A stretch of DNA of 64,000 nucleotides, from positions 8,382-72,381 of the IMG/VR virus record IMGVR_UViG_3300035698_013740. One strand, given 5' to 3'. Made by a program: the position numbers and the translations under genes. Origin of the DNA: a virus. This document shows, piece after piece, positions 49,608-56,555 of the stretch. Below the pieces are notes generated by a model. It did no database searches. It saw nothing but the letters and a program-made list of their open reading frames with translations, and was not told the origin of the DNA. How positions within the stretch are numbered: the first letter of the stretch is position 1; each line of letters begins with the position of its first letter.

Positions 49608-50798
49608 ATGTCTGTAAATATTAAATTTGATGGTGAAGGTACTGGCACCAAAAAAGATCCATTCAAAATTCCAGTAGTACCATTGGTAAAAACCAAACTT
49701 AAACCACTATACTTAGAAATTGAAGTACTGTCTTCACATGGTGGCAATACAACGCCAGAACTATATAACGTTGGGTTTAGAACTGAACAGTGGATTGCAG
49801 TAGGTGGTTCTGTTAAGGAATCTATTACTGGTGGCATTAAGATGAGAGTTCCATTATATGCTAGGAATGATTTTCAAGATAAGCCTGAAAAGATTTATAT
49901 GGCTGCATTTAAGTATGCATCTAAGACACCAGCAGGACAATTTGTAAATGCATACAGGCTCTTAGATCCAAATTTTACATCTGAGGATGGTTGGAGTGGT
50001 AACGACTATTGGGCAATTTCATATACGGCTGAAGAAATGGTCGAGTATGCTAAATTGTTTGAAACACCAAAGGCAGAATTGCCAATTACTATTAAAGGAA
50101 CGTTAGATCTTCCACAAGTAGATGAAGTAGTAGAACTGCAATCTAAAGAATTATCTGAAGTGGAAGATATGCTTATTGCTCTAGAAAAACGAGTATCATC
50201 TCTAGAAGGTGGTGTTAAAGCTGAACCGGTAGATATGCTTATTGCTCTAGAAAAACGAGTATCATCTCTAGAAGGTGGTGTTAAAGCTGAACCGGTAGAA
50301 GTTGTAGTAGAACCTATTGCTGATGTATATGTTGAAGAAAATGTAGATGGTATTAATTTCTCAGTTGATCATGAATGGATAGATGAAAACACATTTATTT
50401 TGAATTTGAAACTTGATAATGTAGATGAATACGAAGGATTTGCAAACTTTCAATTTGATGTGCCATTTATCAATGGTACTAATTTTGTAGATACTATTGC
50501 AGAAGGAACTTATTTTGATAATACTCCAGCAAATGATGGAACATTTGATGAGGCAAAGGTAATTAGTGGATGGACTTGGCGAGCGTTTAGAAATGATAAC
50601 TTACAAAAGATCAGAGTGTCTGGTTTTGCATCATCTCTAAGTACAATTTATGATGATGGAACTTTAGTAAGAATGAAATATGACGTAACTGATTCAGCTG
50701 CTGAAAATTTTACATTTTTCTTTAATACTGTTAGATTAAATGGGTTAAGGACTCCAGTTAACCCAAAAAATCCAAGATACATTGTAACTAAAGATTAA
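49608..50798 (+). CDS. Hypothetical protein with coiled-coil linker and C-terminal cohesin-like beta-sandwich
   Basis: LNLKLDN..FANFQFDV..IRVSGF..GTLVRMKYDV resembles cohesin/CBM folds. Confidence 0.55.
   Translation: MSVNIKFDGEGTGTKKDPFKIPVVPLVKTKLKPLYLEIEVLSSHGGNTTPELYNVGFRTEQWIAVGGSVKESITGGIKMRVPLYARNDFQDKPEKIYMAAFKYASKTPAGQFVNAYRLLDPNFTSEDGWSGNDYWAISYTAEEMVEYAKLFETPKAELPITIKGTLDLPQVDEVVELQSKELSEVEDMLIALEKRVSSLEGGVKAEPVDMLIALEKRVSSLEGGVKAEPVEVVVEPIADVYVEENVDGINFSVDHEWIDENTFILNLKLDNVDEYEGFANFQFDVPFINGTNFVDTIAEGTYFDNTPANDGTFDEAKVISGWTWRAFRNDNLQKIRVSGFASSLSTIYDDGTLVRMKYDVTDSAAENFTFFFNTVRLNGLRTPVNPKNPRYIVTKD
50165..50299 (+). repeat. Perfect 66-bp in-frame tandem duplication
   Basis: Encodes DMLIALEKRVSSLEGGVKAEPV twice with identical DNA. 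Confidence 0.92.
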
Positions 50799-50859
50799 AA
50801 AAAAAGAATTTTTAGGAACATTGAAACAAAAAGAAACAGTTAGAGTATATTTAAACATA

Positions 50860-50970
50860 ATGACGAAGCAAAGACAACATATAAAACGATTTTGGTATAT
50901 AGATACGAACCCGAATAGGGATCCGCTATCTCACCAATCTATATGTTCAATCCTGGATACGGAATTGTAA
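50860..50970 (+). CDS. Candidate attenuator leader peptide (36 aa)
   Basis: MTKQRQHIKRFWYIDTNPNRDPLSHQSICSILDTEL*; contains sequence complementary to the downstream terminator. Confidence 0.65.
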   Translation: MTKQRQHIKRFWYIDTNPNRDPLSHQSICSILDTEL

Positions 50971-51004
50971 CGTTCATATATGGATATAAAACCATTAGGT
51001 TTTG

Positions 51005-51042
51005 GAGAGATAGGATTTTAGAATCTTATCTCTCTTTTTTTT
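51005..51042 (+). terminator. Strong intrinsic terminator (candidate attenuator 3:4 helix)
   Basis: GAGAGATAGGATT-ttag-AATCTTATCTCTC then T8. Confidence 0.85.
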
Positions 51043-51149
51043 GTTTTGCTGTTTCTTTATGAAACTTTTTGAAATATATTTAGTACTAGCTCATCTAGGA
51101 AACTAGAAAAAATGAGCAATTGTTTTTTGACTTATTGATATTACCAAAT

Positions 51150-51214
51150 GTGGGAGTAGCTTAATTTGTAAAGCATACTTAACGTAGTTGTAGATTCGAA
51201 TCCTACCTCCTGCA
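51150..51214 (+). ncRNA. tRNA-like RNA with shrunken anticodon arm
   Basis: GTGGGAG/CTCCTGC acceptor, D arm, TTCGAAT T-loop; anticodon arm only TAC-TTAAC-GTA. Confidence 0.6.
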
Positions 51215-51283
51215 CAAAAGAGTGGTAACCTTATACACGGGGTTGTAAGTAGATTATCGAAGAGATAAGTCTCACCATTATAT

Positions 51284-51358
51284 CTGGATATAGCGCAGTT
51301 CGGTCGTCGCACTTGATTTGGGATCAAGGACACGGGGGTTCAAATCCCTCTATCCAGA
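51284..51358 (+). tRNA. tRNA-Pro(TGG)
   Basis: CTGGATA/TATCCAG; CTTGA-TTTGGGA-TCAAG. Confidence 0.88.
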
Positions 51359-51361
51359 CAA

Positions 51362-51453
51362 TAGGGAAGGAGCATTGAAGTGACTAGCATGATGTTTGAG
51401 GAAGGGGTCGCAACCTAACTGAGTCAAGGAGAGTGAAAGACCTCCCTTTCCCT
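51362..51453 (+). ncRNA. Structured tRNA-like RNA of unknown identity
   Basis: TAGGGAAG/CTTTCCCTA terminal stem, TGACT/AGTCA, GGT-CGCA-ACC, T-arm-like GGAG..GTGAAAG..CTCC. Confidence 0.5.
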
Positions 51454-51462
51454 AAGTTTAAT

Positions 51463-51535
51463 CGAGAATTGGCGCAGCTGGTAGCGTACTCCGTCTGGAG
51501 CGGAGGGGTCGTGGGTTCGAGTCCCACATTCTCGA
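51463..51535 (+). tRNA. tRNA-Pro(TGG), second copy with C33
   Basis: CGAGAAT/ATTCTCG; CTCCG-TCTGGAG-CGGAG. Confidence 0.85.
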
Positions 51536-51542
51536 CTAAGAT

Positions 51543-51614
51543 GCTTCTGTGGCAGAGAGGATATGCAACGGTTTTCTAAGCCGTACCACGTGGGTTCGAA
51601 TCCTATCAGGAGTA
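51543..51614 (+). tRNA. tRNA-Arg(TCT)
   Basis: ACGGT-TTTCTAA-GCCGT; A20 present. Confidence 0.85.
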
Positions 51615-51620
51615 CAACAT

Positions 51621-51694
51621 ATGCCATTAGCACGGTCTGGTAGTGCAGCTGTCTTATATGCAGTTGGTCACAGGTTCAAATCCTGTATGGTATA
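51621..51694 (+). tRNA. tRNA-Ile(TAT)
   Basis: ATGCCAT/ATGGTAT; GCTGT-CTTATAT-GCAGT; A73. Confidence 0.82.
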
Positions 51695-51698
51695 CACT

Positions 51699-51770
51699 GG
51701 GCCTGTAGCTCAAAGGTAGAGCACCCCGCTCATAACGGGACGGTTGAGTGTTCAATCCACTCCAGGCCCA
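51699..51770 (+). tRNA. tRNA with CAT anticodon (elongator Met or Ile2)
   Basis: GGGCCTG/CAGGCCC; loop CTCATAA. Confidence 0.85.
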
Positions 51771-51784
51771 CAAAAAATTCACAG

Positions 51785-51945
51785 CGATGCGATTATAGTT
51801 CCCAATGAGTTCGAAATCGTAGTGACGAGGGAAATAGTACATCGCCTTCATCGTAACAAAAGGATGCCACTTACATTATCTTAGGATAAATAAAGACGGT
51901 ACTAACTTGCAGGCCATTACCAGAGCCGAAAGATTTAAATCTGGT
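51785..51945 (+). ncRNA. Candidate structured ncRNA inside tRNA array
   Basis: GCGATG/CATCGC, TTCCC/GGGAA, TCGT-AGTG-ACGA, CCAGA/TCTGG stems; no credible ORF. Confidence 0.4.
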
Positions 51946-51950
51946 TTTAT

Positions 51951-52033
51951 CTAGATGTTGGACAATTGGATGGTCCACCTGACTGTAAATCAGACGCTTA
52001 ATCGCCGTGTAGGTTCGAATCCTTCCATCTGGA
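51951..52033 (+). tRNA. tRNA-Tyr(GTA) with C1:G72
   Basis: CTAGATG/CATCTGG; loop CTGTAAA; long variable region. Confidence 0.82.
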
Positions 52034-52061
52034 CAAGGCTTTAGGAAACTAAAGTTTACAT

Positions 52062-52150
52062 TTATCCGTAGCTCAGTCTGGTCAGAGCGCGACGCCGTTA
52101 ACGTCGAGGCCCTTATAAGGTTTACATAGGTTCAAATCCTATCGGGTAAT
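52062..52150 (+). tRNA. tRNA-Asn(GTT) with long variable arm
   Basis: TTATCCG/CGGGTAA; CGACG-CCGTTAA-CGTCG; AGGCC-CTTATAA-GGTTT extra arm. Confidence 0.75.
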
Positions 52151-52155
52151 CAAAT

Positions 52156-52274
52156 GTGCAGGTGGCGGAACGGGTAGACGCTAGGGACATACGTCCTGAG
52201 AAGTTTAGGTATAATACACATAGTATGGTTAATACTTGTAAATCTTCGTAGAGGTTCGAATCCTTCACTGCACA
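52156..52274 (+). ncRNA. tRNA-like RNA: class II-type D arm, 4-nt anticodon loop, very long variable arm
   Basis: GTGCAG/CTGCAC; TGGCGGAACGGGTAGACGC; GGGAC-ATAC-GTCCT; about 48-nt arm; GTTCGAATCC. Confidence 0.65.
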
Positions 52275-52280
52275 CAACAT

Positions 52281-52354
52281 GGAACTCTAGTGTAAACTGG
52301 TGAGCATGTGAGTCTGAAAAGCTCATGGTTTGGGTTCGATTCCCAGGGGTTCTA
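52281..52354 (+). tRNA. tRNA-Phe(GAA)
   Basis: TGAGT-CTGAAAA-GCTCA. Confidence 0.85.
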
Positions 52355-52379
52355 CAAAACAAAAATGATGGTATAGTAA

Positions 52380-52853
52380 ATGATAGAAGGATTAACATTA
52401 GAAGAGCAGGCAACGAATCATGAAACATGGAGACATATTCATAGAGTTCAATATTATCTGTTAAACGTAGTAGCTAATTTACAAAAGAGATTACATATTC
52501 ATGATCAATCTAAATTGGCAGAACCTGAAGTACAACTTTTTACTGAATATACTGATAAGCTAAGGGATGTTACATACGGATCTGAAGAATACAAATCGTT
52601 TTTAAGTGGATTGAAACCTGCATTAGATCATCACTATGCAAATAACAGACACCATCCAGAACATTGGAAAAATGGTGTAGAAGATATGACTCTTCTAGAT
52701 TTGATTGAAATGATTTGTGATTGGAAAGCTGCAAGTGAGAGACACAATGATGGTAACATTCGTAAAAGTATTGAACTTAATACTGAACGATTCAATATGA
52801 GTCCTCAACTCAGAAGAATTTTTGAAAACACAGTAGACGAAATACTGATATAA
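52380..52853 (+). CDS. DUF5662-like HD-fold protein
   Basis: H..HDQSKL..E..HHYANNRHHPEH..EMICDWKAA. Confidence 0.75.
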   Translation: MIEGLTLEEQATNHETWRHIHRVQYYLLNVVANLQKRLHIHDQSKLAEPEVQLFTEYTDKLRDVTYGSEEYKSFLSGLKPALDHHYANNRHHPEHWKNGVEDMTLLDLIEMICDWKAASERHNDGNIRKSIELNTERFNMSPQLRRIFENTVDEILI

Positions 52854-52993
52854 AGATAAAACAACATGGATTGGATAGAAACCTTTTGGAACAGATTGAG
52901 TATTATAGAAAATATTGGGAAAACTCTGGGATAGACCCAGATACAATGAAGAAATTTGAATAGAAGCATATTCAATAGGAAAAGAATAATTTT

Positions 52994-53067
52994 GGTCCTA
53001 CAGTCCAGAGGCCGTGGACGCCACCCTGTCACGGTGGAGATCGAGGGTTCGAATCCCTCTAGGATCG
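52994..53067 (+). tRNA. tRNA-Asp(GTC)
   Basis: CCACC-CTGTCAC-GGTGG; G73. Confidence 0.88.
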
Positions 53068-53069
53068 CA

Positions 53070-53136
53070 TTTCGTATAGTATAAGAACGATGTGGCGTAT
53101 ACACCCATGATGGTTCAAACCCATCTACGAAATCCA
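53070..53136 (+). ncRNA. tRNA-like RNA with reduced D arm and encoded CCA
   Basis: TTTCGTA/TACGAAA-T-CCA; GATGG-TTCAAAC-CCATC; GTG-GCGTATA-CAC. Confidence 0.6.
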
Positions 53137-53142
53137 TTTTAT

Positions 53143-53231
53143 GGTGATTGAGGCAGATTATTGGTTAGCTGCGCTAGGCTGTGACCCTAGTAGGAGAAAT
53201 CCTTTTGCGAGTTCGATTCTCGTCATTCACC
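53143..53231 (+). tRNA. tRNA-His(GTG) with G-1 and long variable arm
   Basis: CTAGG-CTGTGAC-CCTAG; AGGA-GAAA-TCCT arm; C73. Confidence 0.8.
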
Positions 53232-53236
53232 CATTT

Positions 53237-53309
53237 GGTGCAGAAGAACAAATGGCAGTTCACCTGATTGTCTATCAGGAAGTTGCGGGTTCGAACCCCG
53301 TGTGCACCG
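53237..53309 (+). tRNA. tRNA-Asp(GTC), second atypical copy
   Basis: CCTGA-TTGTCTA-TCAGG; G73. Confidence 0.75.
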
Positions 53310-53311
53310 CT

Positions 53312-53387
53312 GTGGCCGTAGCTTAATTGGTAAAGCGCTAGATTGTGGCTCTAGTACATACGGGTTCAAGTCCCGTCGGTCACCCCA
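53312..53387 (+). tRNA. tRNA-His(GTG), second copy, no encoded G-1
   Basis: GTGGCCG/CGGTCAC-C-CCA; CTAGA-TTGTGGC-TCTAG. Confidence 0.88.
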
Positions 53388-53407
53388 TTTTCTAAATAAA
53401 AAATAGC

Positions 53408-53554
53408 ATGGAAATTGATATGATATATTTTGAAGTTTTATGTTGGGTATTGTTATACTTGATATTAGGAATAGTAGGGATCGTATGGTATACTGGAACA
53501 CAAGAATACCAAGATATGGATGACGAAGAAAGAGCAAAATTTTGGTTTGGATAA
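53408..53554 (+). CDS. Small membrane protein (48 aa)
   Basis: MEIDMIYFEVLCWVLLYLILGIVGIVWY.. single hydrophobic helix. Confidence 0.45.
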   Translation: MEIDMIYFEVLCWVLLYLILGIVGIVWYTGTQEYQDMDDEERAKFWFG

Positions 53555-53564
53555 AATAATTTAT

Positions 53565-53638
53565 GGATGCAAAGCTCAATAGGAAGTAGCACCGGACTTT
53601 TAATCCGGGGGTTGTGGGTTCGATTCCCACTGCATTCA
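53565..53638 (+). tRNA. tRNA-Lys(TTT)
   Basis: CCGGA-CTTTTAA-TCCGG. Confidence 0.88.
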
Positions 53639-53659
53639 CACACACAATCGTAATAGACT

Positions 53660-54034
53660 ATGTATAAATTATTTTTAGATGACGAGCGAATACCAAGAAC
53701 TATTTATCCTGAAGATCCTGTTGGATGGGTAGTTATTAGATCGTATTCAGAGTTTGTGAAAATTATAGAAGGAACAGGTTTACCTAAGATTCTTTCGTTT
53801 GATCATGATCTTGCAGAAGAACATTACGATCCAGCAATTTGGAGAGATGGAAATCCAGTTCCATACGATACATACAAAGAAAAAACTGGTTATGATTGTG
53901 CAAAATGGCTAATAAGCAAAGAACATGATCTTAGAAACATAGATATTAGAGTACATAGCTATAACCCAGTAGGTGCTAAAAACATTAGAATGTTGTTAGA
54001 AAACTGGAATAAACACTTAAACAAAAACGTGTAA
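53660..54034 (+). CDS. Cyclic-phosphate-processing receiver-like domain protein
   Basis: LFLDDERIP, SFDHDL, KTGYDCAKWL, VHSYNPVGAKNI. Confidence 0.75.
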   Translation: MYKLFLDDERIPRTIYPEDPVGWVVIRSYSEFVKIIEGTGLPKILSFDHDLAEEHYDPAIWRDGNPVPYDTYKEKTGYDCAKWLISKEHDLRNIDIRVHSYNPVGAKNIRMLLENWNKHLNKNV

Positions 54035-55156
54035 ATGCAAAATTATTTTGAGACTGATCTTCATTTGTCTCTAACTTCAAAGGGATTTAAGAAATTTTGG
54101 CAAGGATTTGCTGTAACAGATGGATATGACAATTTCTATTCAAGGTCAGAATCTTGGCAAGAAAAAGCAGATGGCTCAGAATCTAAACATATTGTATCTG
54201 CACCAAAACTTGCAAAAGCAAAAAATGTTGGTAGAGCAAATGAAGTAGCTCCTAGAGAACAAGCAATATTAGAAATCAAATCTACTCTTTTAAATAAAAC
54301 ACATAGTGGATATGTAAAAGAAGGAGAACCCTTAGTTCCATTAAGACCTCAAGCAATGACTGCTCTAAGTTTTGCAAAACGAAGTCATAATATTTCATAT
54401 CCTGCATTAATTCAACCAAAGCTAGATGGAACTAGAATGTTGTTTAATGGAGAAGTCGGTTGGACTAGAAAGAATATTGACTATATTCCTGATGTGCTTG
54501 TTCATCTAAATTGTGAGCTCCCCAACGGAATCGTATTAGATGGAGAATTGATGCTGGATCAAAACGAATTCACATTTCAGGAAACTATCTCAGCTATTAA
54601 GAAATTCAAGAAAGGAACTAGTGATCAACTTAGATATTATGTATATGATTTGGTAGATACTACATATCCTGATATGGATTTCACTGATCGATATGGAGTG
54701 CTTAAGGATATTGTGGAAGCACTTAATAACCCATATATTATCTTAGTACCTACATTCGAACTAGAGGCCAAAGAGCATATTCAGGAGTTCCATGACACAT
54801 TTGTTGCAGATAGTTATGAAGGTGCCATGGTTCGTAATAGATTAGGAGAATATAAGTTAGGAAATAGATCTTCAAATCTTCAAAAGTTTAAAGTATTTTT
54901 TGATGAAGAATTTATCATCATTGGTGCAAAGGATGGAGTTGGCAAATATGCTGGATGTGTTACATGGATTTGTGAGACAAAAGATAAAGTAGAATTTGAT
55001 GCAACTCCAAAGGGAACAATTGCTATGAAGCAGCAGTGGTTTGATGATCGAGATTCAATTATTGGTAAAGAGTTAACAGTTCGTCACTTTGGATATACCG
55101 ATGGTGGAAGCCTTAGATTTCCAGTTGGCATTATAATAAGAGATTACGAAGGGTAA
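54035..55156 (+). CDS. ATP-dependent DNA ligase
   Basis: QPKLDGTR, LDGEL, YVYD, YEGAMVR, RSSNLQKFK, LRFP. Confidence 0.92.
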   Translation: MQNYFETDLHLSLTSKGFKKFWQGFAVTDGYDNFYSRSESWQEKADGSESKHIVSAPKLAKAKNVGRANEVAPREQAILEIKSTLLNKTHSGYVKEGEPLVPLRPQAMTALSFAKRSHNISYPALIQPKLDGTRMLFNGEVGWTRKNIDYIPDVLVHLNCELPNGIVLDGELMLDQNEFTFQETISAIKKFKKGTSDQLRYYVYDLVDTTYPDMDFTDRYGVLKDIVEALNNPYIILVPTFELEAKEHIQEFHDTFVADSYEGAMVRNRLGEYKLGNRSSNLQKFKVFFDEEFIIIGAKDGVGKYAGCVTWICETKDKVEFDATPKGTIAMKQQWFDDRDSIIGKELTVRHFGYTDGGSLRFPVGIIIRDYEG

Positions 55157-55160
55157 AAAT

Positions 55161-55523
55161 ATGCTAGGAACACAAAAATTTGAAGTAAAATGGGAACATC
55201 TTGCACTTCTAGAACGTGCATATGTTGGATGGAATGGATGTGAGTTTGGAGCACCAAGTATGGATTGCAAAAGACCATACGGCAATAGCGACGTATTTAC
55301 TGATATAGGAGAAATACTTAATATTGAAGGTACGTATGACGAAGAAGAAGAGTATACAACTTTTTCTGACGAACAACAAACTCATATGAGAAAGATTCAC
55401 GAGGAAATGAAAACAGTACTTCAAATTCTATTTGTACATGCTACTACTGGTATTAGACAGGGTCTCTATGAATCAGAAAGATATGGAACAAATTGGAAGC
55501 TAAAATATAAGATAGATCACTAA
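55161..55523 (+). CDS. Hypothetical protein
   Basis: GAPSMDCKRPYGNSDV. Confidence 0.7.
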   Translation: MLGTQKFEVKWEHLALLERAYVGWNGCEFGAPSMDCKRPYGNSDVFTDIGEILNIEGTYDEEEEYTTFSDEQQTHMRKIHEEMKTVLQILFVHATTGIRQGLYESERYGTNWKLKYKIDH

Positions 55524-55533
55524 ACAGATACAC

Positions 55534-55603
55534 TCCTCTGTAGTATAGCGGTAGAACGTATGGCTGTTGACCATAAGATGACGGTTCAACTCCGTCCAGG
55601 GAG
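55534..55603 (+). tRNA. tRNA-Asn(GTT), imperfect acceptor stem
   Basis: TATGG-CTGTTGA-CCATA; GACGG-TTCAACT-CCGTC. Confidence 0.7.
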
Positions 55604-55644
55604 CTACATAAACAGCTTGAATTGAATAATAGAAGAAATTAAAT

Positions 55645-55717
55645 TGTCCACTAGATCAATTGGTAGATCATCGCACTTTGAATGCGAAGGTTCCAGGTTC
55701 GAATCCTGGGTGGACAA
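55645..55717 (+). tRNA. tRNA-Gln(TTG)
   Basis: TGTCCAC/GTGGACA; TCGCA-CTTTGAA-TGCGA. Confidence 0.88.
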
Positions 55718-55724
55718 CTTATAA

Positions 55725-55806
55725 GGTTCCGTGGTGGAATTGGCAAACACATCACACTTTGAATGTGATGCCGAAAGGCTTGTAGGTTCGAATCCTACCG
55801 GAACTT
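55725..55806 (+). tRNA. tRNA with Gln anticodon (TTG) on a Leu-like class II body
   Basis: TCACA-CTTTGAA-TGTGA; D arm GTGGAATTGGCAAACAC; GCC-GAAA-GGC variable arm. Confidence 0.78.
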
Positions 55807-55853
55807 CATAGACAATCAAAACCTTTTTAATAGGTTCGATTATACTTATATGT

Positions 55854-56555
55854 ATGAACTGTGAAACATGTAATAACCCTCATACTGGAACATTTGGATC
55901 TGGAAGATTTTGTAATCAATCTTGCGCATCTTCATTTTCAACTAGGTTAAATAGGGCTGAAATAAGTGCTAAAATTTCAAATGCGCTAATTGGTAGAAAA
56001 ATTAGATCATATGTTCGTTCTGGAAAAAATGTAAATTGTCCAATATGTAGGGACGCATTTTATTTAAAACCTAGCAGTAATACAATTTATTGTTCATGGA
56101 AATGTTATATGTCAGATGAATTGAAAAGTGATCGTATTGATTATTCAAAATCTGGAGGACTTAGAGATGGTGGAGGTTATTCTAAATTGATTGAATATAT
56201 ATCTCATAGTGGAGAGCATATGAAACTAAACGCAGATGAAGCTGAAGTTGCAAAGGTATTAGATCAATTAGGAATTACATGGATAAGAAATTGGAATGGA
56301 TTTGAATATGTTACTAAATTTGGAATAACTAGAAATTACTATCCAGATTTTTATATAGAAACTTTTGATTGCTATGTAGAATATAAGGGATATGTAACTT
56401 CTGATATGAAACATAAAATGGATAATGCTCAATTACTAAATCCTAATTTAAATTTAATTATTGTGTATTCAGATGATAAGAGATATAGAGATATGGGATT
56501 GAATTTATCAGAAATAAAAAACAATCCTAAGAAATTACTTGCCGGTCTAGTATAA
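55854..56555 (+). CDS. Free-standing homing-type endonuclease (Zn-finger repeats plus PD-(D/E)XK domain)
   Basis: CETC..FCNQSC, CPIC..YCSWKC, YYPDFYI..YVEYKGY. Confidence 0.78.
   Translation: MNCETCNNPHTGTFGSGRFCNQSCASSFSTRLNRAEISAKISNALIGRKIRSYVRSGKNVNCPICRDAFYLKPSSNTIYCSWKCYMSDELKSDRIDYSKSGGLRDGGGYSKLIEYISHSGEHMKLNADEAEVAKVLDQLGITWIRNWNGFEYVTKFGITRNYYPDFYIETFDCYVEYKGYVTSDMKHKMDNAQLLNPNLNLIIVYSDDKRYRDMGLNLSEIKNNPKKLLAGLV

Noticed and set aside
51220-51277. Two hairpins ending in ACCA as another tRNA-like RNA
   Set aside because: No consistent acceptor stem could be drawn; too weak to call.
51543-51614. Possible amber suppressor (CTA within loop TTTCTAA)
   Set aside because: The 5-bp stem centres TCT as the anticodon and A20 supports Arg identity.
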